A DNA stretch of 64,000 bases from Candidatus Heimdallarchaeota archaeon (GCA_011364965.1 RDOB01000003.1:192001-256000), one strand, 5' to 3'; positions 19,062-30,364 are shown, counted from the first letter of the stretch. The notes: generated by a model from the letters alone, not told the origin. Translations and numbers: made by a program.

Positions 19062-20417
19062 TCACTCTAAATTTCTCGTAGGATTATAATAAAGAATAGG
19101 GATTACGCATGGGAAGAGATCTGAGTTAATTGAATCACCACTTAGTAGATAAGGAGTATCAACGATATTATCGAAATCTAAATCTGGTTCGGTCCAATCG
19201 TTCCAATAATTAAATGAAATATTATTTTTCAATCCTAAATTGGTCCTATCTAGACCTTGGGATGTTCCAAGTGTCTCTGTTGGGTTGTTACTAATAAAAT
19301 TATTTCGATAAATGGTATTATTGCTGCTTAGTTCTAAAAATAATCCTAATTGAACAGAATGAACAACCAAATTTTGGTATATTACACAATCATTCGTGTT
19401 TAGAAGAGTGATTCCGCCAATTATGCTTTGAGAGATTGTATTTGCTATAATGGTACAATTATTAGAGTGTGATTCCAGATAGATTCCAAAATTATTTCCT
19501 ACAAATTGATTTTCAATTATCGTTACATTGTGTGAAAAGGAGAGGCCCAAGCCATAAATATCATTAGAAACGTTATTCTGCTTCACCAAGCTGTGAGGGG
19601 AATATCTCACGGTAATACCTTGGGTTCCAAAGCCCTCAATTCGATTAAACGTAATTTTGCTATAGGGTGAATCACTAATGGCGATAGAATGTGCATATTG
19701 ATTCCTTATTATTGAATTGTTTGTAATAGTATAGTATGAAGATCGGCCTACCTCGATACCTGCATAAGCGCTTTCATATACAGCATTTAATTGGATAATT
19801 GTGCCTTTCGACTCTGTTGTGTAAATACCATAATGTCCACTATAATTTACTGTATTTGATTGGATTATACAATTATTAGATTTTAAATGAACAGAAATTG
19901 CATCTTGTCCTGTATGTACAACTGTATTTTTACTTAAATTGCAATTTGGAGAATTCTCTATCCAAATCCCCACTTTTCTAGTATTTGAAACAGAGTTATG
20001 AGTAATCAATCCCTCATTCACTTGACTAAAAAAAATCCCATTTTCACTAGCACCTTGTATAGAGTTTGCTTTGACTTCAACATTTGAAACATTCAATAGA
20101 TATAAGCCATATGAACCATTAGTTAGAATATTTCCTTCAACACGAAAATAAACCCGTGTGTGCTGAATATCAATTAACTTTCCAGACGGTGCGGATAAAT
20201 TCAAACCCATAATTATATATGGGGTTTCTTTTGAGCCACTACCAAGCCACTCTTCTTCCAGAGCAACTGATTTAAATTCATTATCCCCCCTTATTGAAAT
20301 CTGGTCTTGAACTGTTGCATCGCTATCAGGCAAAGATATTAAAAAAATTATGAGTCCAACAGACATCGTCATTAGTAATATTATACCGATTCCAATTTGA
20401 ATTTTTCTAAAAATCAT
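19062..20417 (-). CDS. Membrane-anchored NosD/CASH parallel beta-helix protein
   Basis: N-terminal TM, GSGSKETPYII, repeated N-I-x-N..GI strands, NYWND...D.PY tail. Confidence 0.85.
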   Translation of the reverse strand: MIFRKIQIGIGIILLMTMSVGLIIFLISLPDSDATVQDQISIRGDNEFKSVALEEEWLGSGSKETPYIIMGLNLSAPSGKLIDIQHTRVYFRVEGNILTNGSYGLYLLNVSNVEVKANSIQGASENGIFFSQVNEGLITHNSVSNTRKVGIWIENSPNCNLSKNTVVHTGQDAISVHLKSNNCIIQSNTVNYSGHYGIYTTESKGTIIQLNAVYESAYAGIEVGRSSYYTITNNSIIRNQYAHSIAISDSPYSKITFNRIEGFGTQGITVRYSPHSLVKQNNVSNDIYGLGLSFSHNVTIIENQFVGNNFGIYLESHSNNCTIIANTISQSIIGGITLLNTNDCVIYQNLVVHSVQLGLFLELSSNNTIYRNNFISNNPTETLGTSQGLDRTNLGLKNNISFNYWNDWTEPDLDFDNIVDTPYLLSGDSINSDLFPCVIPILYYNPTRNLE

Positions 20418-20681
20418 GTTTACTCTTCTTCTATTTATAATTTGGATTTTAAAAAATAAATCCTTTGTATAGGAGATAAGAAAATAAACTCTAACTTATT
20501 TTTAAATTCCTTTCATGTCTTTGGATAAATATTTAACAATTTATGAAATTTAGAAAGGAATCTTTAATTAAAAAAGCTATGATGATTGTATATTGCTAGG
20601 AATGTTTTTATTTTAAATGAGGATTGCATAGAGAATCCATATTTCATGGATTAATGAATAAAGGTGAACAAGATGGATACT

Positions 20682-20702
20682 ATTGGAGGAGACTCCTCCA
20701 AT
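20682..20702. other. Perfect 21-bp palindrome/hairpin ATTGGAGGAG-A-CTCCTCCAAT
   Basis: 10-bp perfect arms, 3 nt after the DUF2804 stop codon. Confidence 0.7.
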
Positions 20703-20705
20703 TCT

Positions 20706-21731
20706 TTACCACCGCCAAAATATGTCTTCAGCATGGCCAAGCAAATTAGAAATTTGGATTTTTTCACCATCATCGAGAACTACTTCTCCGTGATACAAAC
20801 CATGCAGGATTGACGAATTCAAGTAAATAATCCCAAAATTCAATTTCTCACGGAAAGGGAGAATGGGAGACAACTCCATTTCAAATCGATTGTCATTTGA
20901 AGTAAATGTCCACGATTGAGTAGGATCGCGATTTTGATGGTGAAAAGTTACTTCATCGAGTTTATGGGCTTTACCATCGTAAAAAATTATGTTTTCGGTA
21001 TGTGTTGATAAATCTCCAAATCCATAGCCAATATTAAATGCAACTGGAACCCCATCTAGTAATCCACAAGCAGAACCCCATAACCAGTGAGTTTTATAAG
21101 GCCAAATCCCTCGGCCCCAATCCATTAAGCCGAAAGAGGATTCGGGTTCAAATGAATATTCTTGGTTTCCTATTTGAAGAGTTCCTGTGGCTGGCATGAA
21201 ATTAATTTTGTGATTATAATAAAATAGACGTGAATCTTGTTCATATCCAGTTACAACAACCGTATTATCCATCTGAGGCTTATCAGTGAGAGTAATATTC
21301 CCTTTTATGCCTTTCTTTCGGAAAGTAGGATCATCAATTGATAAAATTCTTTGATTACCTCTTTTTTCAATAGTAGCTTGAAATTTATTTGTGGGAAATT
21401 CTACAATACTATCATCAAGAGAACTACGAGGCAGTAATTTAGAAAGAGTAAAGAATTTGAATATACCTCTTCCATCTCGCTCTTTATGTTTGAAATCTAA
21501 CCAAACATAACTCATCTGCGTAAGATATCCTATGTCTCCAATTGTGAGTTGGAATCCAAAATCCTTGTTTAAAATCGAATAGTGATCCCATTCTTTAATT
21601 CGAGTCCATTTTTTCCCAATGTTTTCTTTATTATACTTTAAGATAGGCTTTCTAGCCCATCCACGTTGTAATAGTGATCCATCTTCTTTAAAAAGGTTCG
21701 AACTTTCGATTATCTCATTTTGCAGTCCCAT
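20706..21731 (-). CDS. DUF2804-family protein
   Basis: GWARKP, RIKEWDHY, DWGRGIWPY, GYGFGD, GHAEDIFWRW. Confidence 0.85.
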   Translation of the reverse strand: MGLQNEIIESSNLFKEDGSLLQRGWARKPILKYNKENIGKKWTRIKEWDHYSILNKDFGFQLTIGDIGYLTQMSYVWLDFKHKERDGRGIFKFFTLSKLLPRSSLDDSIVEFPTNKFQATIEKRGNQRILSIDDPTFRKKGIKGNITLTDKPQMDNTVVVTGYEQDSRLFYYNHKINFMPATGTLQIGNQEYSFEPESSFGLMDWGRGIWPYKTHWLWGSACGLLDGVPVAFNIGYGFGDLSTHTENIIFYDGKAHKLDEVTFHHQNRDPTQSWTFTSNDNRFEMELSPILPFREKLNFGIIYLNSSILHGLYHGEVVLDDGEKIQISNLLGHAEDIFWRW

Positions 21732-21767
21732 ATATACTTCCTCAAAATTGGTGATTGTTTCTGATAT

Positions 21768-22644
21768 TCAGTCCATATCTAATAGTTCAGATTTAATTTT
21801 AGAAAATGATCCTTTTATCTCTCTTTGCCAAGCTGGTAACTTTACCCTTTCATCAAAAAATGCTCGTTGGAAGACTCCTTCTATGAATCCGATTCTCTCT
21901 TCACCGTAACCCAATTGTAGCAAATAGTGTAAAAACTCTAGAAAAAATGGGTTAAATTTGACTGAGTGTGTTTTGGTCAAAAGGATCTACCTCAAAACAA
22001 AGATTTCTAGTTTCATCTAGAGGAGAAAATTAGAACTGATGAAAACGAAGAATATTAAAAAGGTGTTGAATAAGAACGCGAAGAATCAATTCTTCATATA
22101 TTAGATAGGAGGATCATCATGAGTACCTACAACTTGGAGTTTAAATTTTTATAAAGGGGGAACTAGAAAAATAAACACTAGCCTAAATGCAGCTGTAAAA
22201 CTAGCTACTCAAAAATTTGAATCTATTAGTTAAATTCCACCATTAAATAGATTTGAAACTCTGCCAGTAAAATATTTTCACAATTAATAGATTTTCTCAT
22301 ATCGTGTAAAGGATGTTTTCTTTATTAAATTTTTGAAGGTTTAATCTTTATCCTCATCAAGATTACTTCTAGACTTGGGATTGAATAATCTCATCCCTTT
22401 TTTAGGGTTAAATACACTAAGTAGATAGATAAATAACATCCAAATATTATATCTTAAGTAGTGTGATTGGACCATCATATTTAAGAATCCGTGTGAGAAT
22501 TTCATCAAAATTAAAGGAATTAGGATCATTTTTATATATGAATTCATCATTAGATTTAAAAAAACAGCTCTCTGAAAAACACAAGGTTACTCCTGTTATA
22601 TCATCAGAGATTTGTTCAGGAATGCAATATGCAGGTTGACTCAT
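21768..22644 (-). pseudogene. Probable heavily degraded gene of unknown function
   Basis: Protein-like 5' fragment with a GGTGA RBS (22447..22644) and 3' fragment (21768..21980), separated by stop-rich sequence. Confidence 0.35.
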
Positions 22645-23039
22645 TAGCGATTATCACCTTTTTTTTAGTAATTTCTCTTCTTTCTTATAATTTTTGAACC
22701 GAGAGGTAGATTTCTAAGAATTATTGCAGTTATCAATAAAAATATGAAATCTAATGTGCTGAAAACCGTTCAAATGCTTTAGAATATAAGGAGGATGGAA
22801 AAGGAACAAATAATGTTTCTTTTTTTGCTTTATATATCAATAGTTTTGATTATTAGAAATTTTTAACTCTTAATATGTTACATTTGACTTCCTAATACTC
22901 ATGTACGTCTAATTTCCTAAAGATTATAATCAATTTCCTCAATCACAATTCTGTAGAATATATAAATAGACTGAATAGAATGCCCTGATTTAGCCTATAA
23001 AAGCTTTGATACGTTTTTCGGTCCATAAGAGGAATTATT

Positions 23040-23726
23040 ATGAGTGAAGTATTAATAAAAACTGATTTTTTGGGAAAAGATTATGTTACAGGTGAAGTTA
23101 CCGTCAATGCTCTAAAAGAAGTCAATTTGAGTGTAGAGAAAGGAAAATTTGTTGTAATCATTGGACCTTCTGGATGTGGGAAAACAACCTTGTTAAACCT
23201 AATTGGTGGAATTGATAGACCTTCAGAAGGATCGATAACTGTCGGTGCTAAAGTGATAACCAATATGTCTGAAAAAGAGTTGACTGGATTTCGGAAAGAA
23301 GATATAGGTTTTATTTTTCAATTTTATAATTTAATTCCTGCACTAAATGCTCTGGAAAATGTTGAATTATCAGCTAGACTGAAATTTCCCAAGGATGCAT
23401 ATGAAAGATCTCTCGAAATGCTTAAAAGAGTAGGATTGGAAGAAAAAATCAATAAATACCCATCTCAACTTTCAGGTGGTGAGCAGCAACGAGTTGCTAT
23501 TGCTCGTGCTTTAGCCAAAGAACCAAAAGTTGTATTAGCCGATGAACCAACTGGAAATCTTGATTCTAAAACAGGTAAGGCAATTATTAATTTAATGTTG
23601 GATATATGCAGAAATCAGAAAACAACATTCTTAATTGTAACCCACGATGTGTCAATTTCGGAACTCGCGGATCAGATAGTTCATTTACAGGATGGGCAAG
23701 TTATCAAAACTTCAGCTATCTTTTAG
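23040..23726 (+). CDS. ABC ATP-binding protein, LolD/MacB type
   Basis: [26 protein letters not shown]. Confidence 0.95.
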   Translation: MSEVLIKTDFLGKDYVTGEVTVNALKEVNLSVEKGKFVVIIGPSGCGKTTLLNLIGGIDRPSEGSITVGAKVITNMSEKELTGFRKEDIGFIFQFYNLIPALNALENVELSARLKFPKDAYERSLEMLKRVGLEEKINKYPSQLSGGEQQRVAIARALAKEPKVVLADEPTGNLDSKTGKAIINLMLDICRNQKTTFLIVTHDVSISELADQIVHLQDGQVIKTSAIF

Positions 23727-23746
23727 GATCCAAATAAGGTGGTTAT

Positions 23747-26185
23747 ATGACACGTACACGATTCTTATCACTAAAGAAAGTTTATCGAGATATTTTTCGG
23801 CACAAAAGTCGTACTTTTCCTATACTTCTATTAATAGTATTTGGAACTGCTTTTGGCATTGCATTCCTCCAAATGGGTGTAAATTTAAAATTAACAAATG
23901 ATTCAATTAATGAATCAATGGAAATGGGAGATATCTGGTTTGGGACGCGTCCATTTGATAATAGTGTTTTCAATGCAACCTTAATTGATAAATGGAATCA
24001 AACAGGGTTTATTGAAGCTGTACAGGCACGGATATTTATTACTGGATATGTTTTGCTTCCTGATGATGTTAAAATTCCTGTTGATATCATTTCTCTACCC
24101 AATTCGACTAGAGCTGCTGTTAATGATATAATAATACCTGAAAACACCTATTTTACGAATTTTCCTGAAATAAAAGATGGAGCATATGTTTCTGAACCCT
24201 ATCTTCCTCAATTCGGTTGGAAGCAAGATCAAACACTTCAAATTCAAACAACAAGTGATGGGAATTTGAAAAATTTCACTCTCACAATACTCGGAGGACA
24301 ATTTAGTGCAGAATATCCATTCAGGAAAAGTGATTACTCTAAACTTAATTTAATCTCCGATCTTATTATTAAACTCAACATCTATGTTCGTGAGGATTAT
24401 CTCCAACAAGAATTGTTTAATGGTCTTCCAGTTTATAACCAAATTGTTTTAAAGCTAAAAGACTCAAACAAGATCCAATCTATCGTTGAAGAAGTATCTG
24501 CATCCAGATTTTCAAAAGAATATATTTTCACAGTATCAGAGTTTCCACGATTTCTCAAAGATATGCCCACAATGATCGAGTTAATAGGTTCTGTGTTTGC
24601 TGGATTTATTCTTTTGTTAGCTTCCTTTTCAATATATTTAACGGTGAATCGATTTATAGAAGAAGAGAAACCTCAAATTGGAGTCTTAAAAGGACTGGGA
24701 TATGGAAATGAATATGTTCTACGACAATATCTTCTTTACGGAGTTTTTTTCGCAATAATTGGTATAATTCCTGGAATTATTCTTGGATATATCTTAGACT
24801 TAGTAATTGTTCTAATGATCTCTGAAATCATGTTTTCCTGGCCTTTTACTGTCCAAATAGTTACGCTGGAGTTTATTTTAATAATGCTAATCTCAGTTTC
24901 CATTACAACAACACTCGCTTGTTTTCTATCAGCCCGTACTGCAGTTAAAATTTCTCCCCAAGCAGCAATAAGACCAAATATTTCACTTACTCTGAGCTCG
25001 AAATCTAAGATCGAGAGAATACTTGAATTGATTTCCCGAAAGCGACTACTTCCTGAAATAAAGTATTTCTTACGTGTTGTCTTTCAAAAACCCAAGAAAA
25101 CTATTTTTTCACTTACAGCACTGAGTAGTGCAGTTGCTTTATTTGTCATGATGACCAGTTTCGTAGTTGCGATAAACAGCGGAACAGATGCAGTATTAGA
25201 AGCTGAATTATGGGATTTGAATTTTGAGCTCTCTCGTCCAGTAAGCTTCCAAAATGTTAAAAATAATTTAATGAGCAATGTAACCTTAACTGATTTTGAT
25301 ATTGAGCCAGCATTCACAGATTTTGCGAAAATTAAGGTAGAAAAAGACTTGGAAATTTGGACTAATATCATATTCTATGGTATTCGGACAAATACCTCTA
25401 TGAAAGATTTTGAGAGGAATTTATTCTCTCAAAATAATTCACTGATTATATCACCCGATATAGCAAAAATATTCAATATTGAAGAAGGAGAATCCTATTC
25501 ACTAATTGGACGCAATAATACAGAGGTTACAATAGTAGTACAGACAATACTGACTAAAAATTCCTTATCGGGCTTTTTTGTTCCTCTAGAGTTAGCCATG
25601 ATTTTATCATTTGGAGATTTGAGCTTAGAACAAGCAAATATTTTATTAGTAGCCTCTGATAATCCAGCTGCTCTTTCAGAGGTGAAAGATATATTAGAGG
25701 AAGAGGATTACGTTCAGAACGTGATCACCGTAGATTCTTTAGTGGCATCTATTCGCTCATTCATTGATATAATGATCATTGGCTTTCTACTATTTGAATT
25801 CGGAGCTGCACTAATGGCTGCTATTATTATATTTGGGATTATGTCTATAGCCACAGCAGAGAGGAAGAATGATTTTGCTGTAATGAAAGCACTGGGTATT
25901 AATAACAAGCGTATATATCAAATATCATTTACTGAAACTTCAGTCTTAACTATTATAGCAGGAGTAGTTGGATTCATTTTAGGGATCTTATTAGCTATCA
26001 CTCTTACTGAGTGGATTAAAAACATACTCTCAACGACAATGGCGCCTATTTCCACTTCAATAGTAGATTTCATCATAGCTCTCATTTTTGCTTCCGTTAC
26101 GCTTTACTTAGGGCAATTCATGGCTCTTAGAATCGCCTTGAAACAAAGTATTTCAGAAGTTACGAAGGATAAACTCTTTGCTTAG
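23747..26185 (+). CDS. FtsX/MacB-like ABC permease (duplicated)
   Basis: Two FtsX repeats (IGVLKGLGY; FAVMKALGI). Confidence 0.9.
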   Translation: MTRTRFLSLKKVYRDIFRHKSRTFPILLLIVFGTAFGIAFLQMGVNLKLTNDSINESMEMGDIWFGTRPFDNSVFNATLIDKWNQTGFIEAVQARIFITGYVLLPDDVKIPVDIISLPNSTRAAVNDIIIPENTYFTNFPEIKDGAYVSEPYLPQFGWKQDQTLQIQTTSDGNLKNFTLTILGGQFSAEYPFRKSDYSKLNLISDLIIKLNIYVREDYLQQELFNGLPVYNQIVLKLKDSNKIQSIVEEVSASRFSKEYIFTVSEFPRFLKDMPTMIELIGSVFAGFILLLASFSIYLTVNRFIEEEKPQIGVLKGLGYGNEYVLRQYLLYGVFFAIIGIIPGIILGYILDLVIVLMISEIMFSWPFTVQIVTLEFILIMLISVSITTTLACFLSARTAVKISPQAAIRPNISLTLSSKSKIERILELISRKRLLPEIKYFLRVVFQKPKKTIFSLTALSSAVALFVMMTSFVVAINSGTDAVLEAELWDLNFELSRPVSFQNVKNNLMSNVTLTDFDIEPAFTDFAKIKVEKDLEIWTNIIFYGIRTNTSMKDFERNLFSQNNSLIISPDIAKIFNIEEGESYSLIGRNNTEVTIVVQTILTKNSLSGFFVPLELAMILSFGDLSLEQANILLVASDNPAALSEVKDILEEEDYVQNVITVDSLVASIRSFIDIMIIGFLLFEFGAALMAAIIIFGIMSIATAERKNDFAVMKALGINNKRIYQISFTETSVLTIIAGVVGFILGILLAITLTEWIKNILSTTMAPISTSIVDFIIALIFASVTLYLGQFMALRIALKQSISEVTKDKLFA

Positions 26186-26252
26186 AAAAAATCTTCTATG
26201 ATATCCATAGACCTTTAAAAAAGATTTGAAATTTCAAATCCACCTCGAATTA

Positions 26253-27626
26253 TTAATGTTTTATATTATTAGTTGGAGTAGCTAGGATATTATAATCGGA
26301 ATAGATATATATTAACCCTTTAGGATTTTCCTGGATAAATTTATCCACAAAATTTCTTAAAGTTAGTTGAGGGTCGAAACCAGCCTTCAATGGTTGAACA
26401 CGAAAAATATCTTTGAGTAAAGATGAATTCATTTCAGAATAAACGTATAGTTGACCTTTGGTCAGTTGCAGTACTCGGAATATGTCTACTGCGTTTTGTA
26501 TCCCAATTTCAAACGTGGTTGAGCTACATTTTTCTTTAATAATCCATTGCATAGCTTCTAAATACGGCTTGTTTTGGACTTCTCGCATGGTATTAAGATA
26601 GTCTTGGGGCCCAACTCCCTCAACACATCCTGCAAGGAGAACAATGCATCCACCCTCTTTAACTGCATGACTAGCAGCATTAATGCCTTTTCCTGCTTGA
26701 TAGAAATTGATTGATGGCTTTGATATTATTACAAGATCAGCTTTTTCCGAAATCTGCACATCACGTATTATGGACAAGGCTTCTAATGCATTATCATGAA
26801 TGGCAATAGGATTTCCAGCCTTAATACTGATAAAATTTCCAGATTCCATGATAGAATCAATAACAAAAACAGAATGTCCTACTGATTCCAATTTCAATAC
26901 AATATCTCTAATATCTTCTATGCAAATATTCTCCTTAATATTCCCCATTCGGCATTCAGATTTAAATCCAGTTGTCATATCAAATATTCGTGAGTGATTG
27001 ACCCGAACAGTGTTTCTTGAGCTCACTCCAGGCACAAAGAGTTTTACACTTCCTGCTACTCCAGCAAAATAATGATATTCACTATCGCTTAGGGGAATGA
27101 TAATACTACTATCTAATGCTCGTTTATCTATCTGAATAGGAGTTTCATGTGAAGAAAAACCCATTTGAATATGATTTATCATGTCATCACAGTTGTGAAC
27201 CCAGATTTTATCCTTCCATCTATCAAATAATGCCCCCAATATATGAGATCGAATCCGAGTGTCTGTTGGAGGAGTATGAGTCCCAGTGGCTATTAGTAGC
27301 CATATATCTTGTTTATCTACTCCGTAACCTAAAAGAGCTTTCTCTAAATATGGGAGAAGAGCTCTTGTGTGTATATTTGGACGCGTGTTATCATCAATTA
27401 AAATCACAATGGGTTTCTTAGTTTTACGATATTTTAAATGAACAAGTTCTTTAAGATTAGGAGAATCTATGGCATTTTCTATTGCATGTTTAAATGCTAA
27501 AGGAAGATTATTTAAAGGAGCAACTCTGGGAATTTTCAGATATTTATAGTTGGCATTCCGAGGAATAAAATGTGAAATTTGTGTTGCCTCGTAATAAATT
27601 GGAGTATCTGCAAAATTTTTTATCAT
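26253..27626 (-). CDS. LarA-family nickel-pincer racemase/epimerase
   Basis: DDNTRP, ATGTH, HYFAGVAGSVK, NHS, YQAGKG. Confidence 0.85.
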   Translation of the reverse strand: MIKNFADTPIYYEATQISHFIPRNANYKYLKIPRVAPLNNLPLAFKHAIENAIDSPNLKELVHLKYRKTKKPIVILIDDNTRPNIHTRALLPYLEKALLGYGVDKQDIWLLIATGTHTPPTDTRIRSHILGALFDRWKDKIWVHNCDDMINHIQMGFSSHETPIQIDKRALDSSIIIPLSDSEYHYFAGVAGSVKLFVPGVSSRNTVRVNHSRIFDMTTGFKSECRMGNIKENICIEDIRDIVLKLESVGHSVFVIDSIMESGNFISIKAGNPIAIHDNALEALSIIRDVQISEKADLVIISKPSINFYQAGKGINAASHAVKEGGCIVLLAGCVEGVGPQDYLNTMREVQNKPYLEAMQWIIKEKCSSTTFEIGIQNAVDIFRVLQLTKGQLYVYSEMNSSLLKDIFRVQPLKAGFDPQLTLRNFVDKFIQENPKGLIYIYSDYNILATPTNNIKH

Positions 27627-27742
27627 ACTAAACCGACAACCGAATAAAATTCCTAAAAGTTTTAAGATTTATTTATACACGTCTCTAAGGCACTAAATTA
27701 GAAACAGCATTCTGAAATAAGTGGATCCATTATGAATTTAAC

Positions 27743-28315
27743 GTGGGAAAAAGAATGGTACGAGCTTTTATTTGTGTGGAAATTACAGATAAAGAAGTTT
27801 TGACTGTAATAGGAAATATTATTACTCAATTAAAAAGAATTCAAGGTGTTAAACCAGTAAAACCAAATCAAATGCATTTAACTTTAAAATTCCTAGATGA
27901 GATCACAGAAAAGCAGATTCATCAAATCAAAGAAATTCTAAATTCATGGCAAGATGAGAAGTTTGAGCTTTCACTTGAAGGGATTGGATGTTTTCCAAGT
28001 CTAAAAAGAATAAGAGTGATCTGGATTGGAATTAAAGAGGGTAAAGACACTTTGATTCGATTTGCAACAAAAATTGATTCAGAATTGGGAAAAATCGGAT
28101 TCCCAAGAGAAACACGGTCTTTTACTCCTCATTTAACTCTGGCACGTATCAAATATTTAAAGAATCATGACAAACAGGGATTAATTAGATTGATTCAAGA
28201 ATTTGAACAGATAAACGCTGGAAAACAAATTATTCAGAAGATTATCTTGATGAAAAGCACCCTCACTCCGAGTGGGGCTATATACGAAGTTCTTCATTCA
28301 GTATCCTTAAGTTAA
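27743..28315 (+). CDS. thpR: RNA 2',3'-cyclic phosphodiesterase (2'-5' RNA ligase)
   Basis: RAFI, HLTLKFL, PHLTLAR, STLTPSGAIY. Confidence 0.95.
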   Translation: MGKRMVRAFICVEITDKEVLTVIGNIITQLKRIQGVKPVKPNQMHLTLKFLDEITEKQIHQIKEILNSWQDEKFELSLEGIGCFPSLKRIRVIWIGIKEGKDTLIRFATKIDSELGKIGFPRETRSFTPHLTLARIKYLKNHDKQGLIRLIQEFEQINAGKQIIQKIILMKSTLTPSGAIYEVLHSVSLS

Positions 28316-28387
28316 AATTATGAATATAGTCCACTCTCTGAAAAATGCTTGAAAGAGTATGAATCCCGTATTGGATCACTTAAAAAT

Positions 28388-28558
28388 CTAATTTTTCCTA
28401 TCTTTTTGCGCTACTGCTGAAATAGATTGACTGTATGCCAATTTCCTACAGTCATTACACAAATGTTTGCTTGGATCAGTAGGATTAGGATGAACCTCTA
28501 CACTTGGGGATTCTATGCGGCCACAGCGGTCACATGAATAACGTTTCCCGATTTTCAT
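28388..28558 (-). CDS. 56-aa zinc-finger microprotein (not in ORF track)
   Basis: MKIGKRYSCDRCGRIESPSVEVHPNPTDPSKHLCNDCRKLAYSQSISAVAQKDRKN; two CxxC motifs. Confidence 0.75.
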   Translation of the reverse strand: MKIGKRYSCDRCGRIESPSVEVHPNPTDPSKHLCNDCRKLAYSQSISAVAQKDRKN

Positions 28559-28780
28559 AAATCTCAACCGTCTTACGATTTTATTTGTTTGGATGTAATA
28601 ATTTTCATATACAACCGAAATTACATTATCAACCTGTATAAAGCAAAATAGTCTTTTAAAGAATTTCTAGAAAAACTTTTCGGTCTTTCCCCAATACCTA
28701 TTTGAAGCACCATTTTGTAGAGCGATAAAAGCTAACCCAAGATCTCCATTAGGTACTAATCTTCTGTTGGATGAAATAAT

Positions 28781-29710
28781 ATGTCTGAAGCCACTTCTGA
28801 TCTGAAATATGATCTTATCCGTAAAACAGTCAAACTAAGTGCATATTTCGGCTACAGATTAGAAGCTAAAGGTATACAAAATCTTATAGCTAATTTAGAC
28901 ATATTTCGAGGTGGCTCCATATTCGCTGGTAATCATGAAAGTGTTATTGACGCGTTTTTAATGGGATTGGTGGTTCCAAAGGAACTCAAGTCAAAGCGTA
29001 TCTATTTCTTAGGAAAGAAAAGCGCTCTCTGGCGTAACAGATTTTGGGGGCAGCTTATGGATTATTTTGGTGTAATCCCAGTAGAAAAACGTGGAAATCA
29101 AGAAGCGGTCAAAAGAGGCATTGAAGTATTAACACGAAAACAGGCTTTAGGGATTTTCCCCGAGGGTCATATCCGATATTCACGTAAAACCTTAGAAGGA
29201 AAGGTGGGTGTAGCGAGATTTGCATTTGAAACTGAATCACCAGTTATTCCAGTAGGGATAATCGGTACAGATGGTGTACTACCATATGGAGGCAATTGGC
29301 CAAGTTTAGGAAAGAAAGTTTCACTCGCGGTTGGGGAGCCAATATTTTTGGCAGACTGGTATGACAAAAAGGATATGTACGATCCATATGCCTTACGAGC
29401 AGCAACTGATTTAGTAATGAATCACATTCGTAAGCTCTCATCTGGGTATGGAATTCGAGTTGAAGATGCGTATAAACTTCGGTGTATGGAAGGAGTCCAT
29501 CAGATTGTAACTCCTAGAAGATTGGTCCCAATAGAATTTCAAAGAAAAAGAAAGACCCTCGCAGATTCTTTTGAAGACTGGCTAGGCAGTGTTCCTCAAA
29601 CTCAACACGAAAAACAAATCAATAAATCAAAAGACAAATTTCCTGAGGTTCAATCTGCTTCAGGAAACACTACAAATGAATTCTTAGCTTGGTTGGATGA
29701 TCAACTATAA
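28781..29710 (+). CDS. plsC: 1-acyl-sn-glycerol-3-phosphate acyltransferase (PlsC/LPLAT family)
   Basis: NHESVID (HxxxxD), FLGKK, IFPEG, VIPVGI. Confidence 0.88.
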   Translation: MSEATSDLKYDLIRKTVKLSAYFGYRLEAKGIQNLIANLDIFRGGSIFAGNHESVIDAFLMGLVVPKELKSKRIYFLGKKSALWRNRFWGQLMDYFGVIPVEKRGNQEAVKRGIEVLTRKQALGIFPEGHIRYSRKTLEGKVGVARFAFETESPVIPVGIIGTDGVLPYGGNWPSLGKKVSLAVGEPIFLADWYDKKDMYDPYALRAATDLVMNHIRKLSSGYGIRVEDAYKLRCMEGVHQIVTPRRLVPIEFQRKRKTLADSFEDWLGSVPQTQHEKQINKSKDKFPEVQSASGNTTNEFLAWLDDQL

Positions 29711-29914
29711 TTGTTGATTACATTACCAATTTTCTCCTTAAAAACGCATAATTTTCTTTTGGGTATTTATTTATGTTCAATCAGAAAAATAATTAGATAA
29801 ATACCATCTAATATTGTACAGAATTGTAGTCTTTGGTTTAAAATTAAAAATTAGTCCACATTTTCGATTTTCTACATTATTATGTAAGATGAGTGAAATT
29901 GAAATATAAGTTTA

Positions 29915-30256
29915 CTACATTACCCTCTTTAATTTTAATAAATCGGTAACACTACCTTTTATCTTCAATTTACCTGATGTGAAGGCTTCCATGGCCTTAA
30001 TTTCTTTATTCACGACCCCAAGCCATGTTTCAGGATCTGTAATTATAAGTATGTCGTAATTAGCTGATTTATCAATTGGACCTTCCTGTAATTCACCTGC
30101 TTTTCCTTTAGATAGCTGAGTTGTCCAAGTTTTATTGAAATCTGCAAAGGAAAATCCAACTTTTTTATCCCAATTTTTGAAACGTTTCTGATTATCTTCT
30201 TTAGAAAGTTTTGAGAGAATTTTATTTATTCCTTCGATTACTTCACTTTCGGACAT
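29915..30256 (-). CDS. SCP2 sterol/lipid-binding domain protein
   Basis: AMEAFTSGKLKIKGSVTDLLKL. Confidence 0.9.
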   Translation of the reverse strand: MSESEVIEGINKILSKLSKEDNQKRFKNWDKKVGFSFADFNKTWTTQLSKGKAGELQEGPIDKSANYDILIITDPETWLGVVNKEIKAMEAFTSGKLKIKGSVTDLLKLKRVM

Positions 30257-30364
30257 TTTTATTCCTTACCTCAAATCTATCGAGCGTTATATTTGGTTAG
30301 ATTTTAGTTTTATATATACCTGTCCAGGATTAATTCTTAAGCTACCTAATAATTTATTTGCAAT

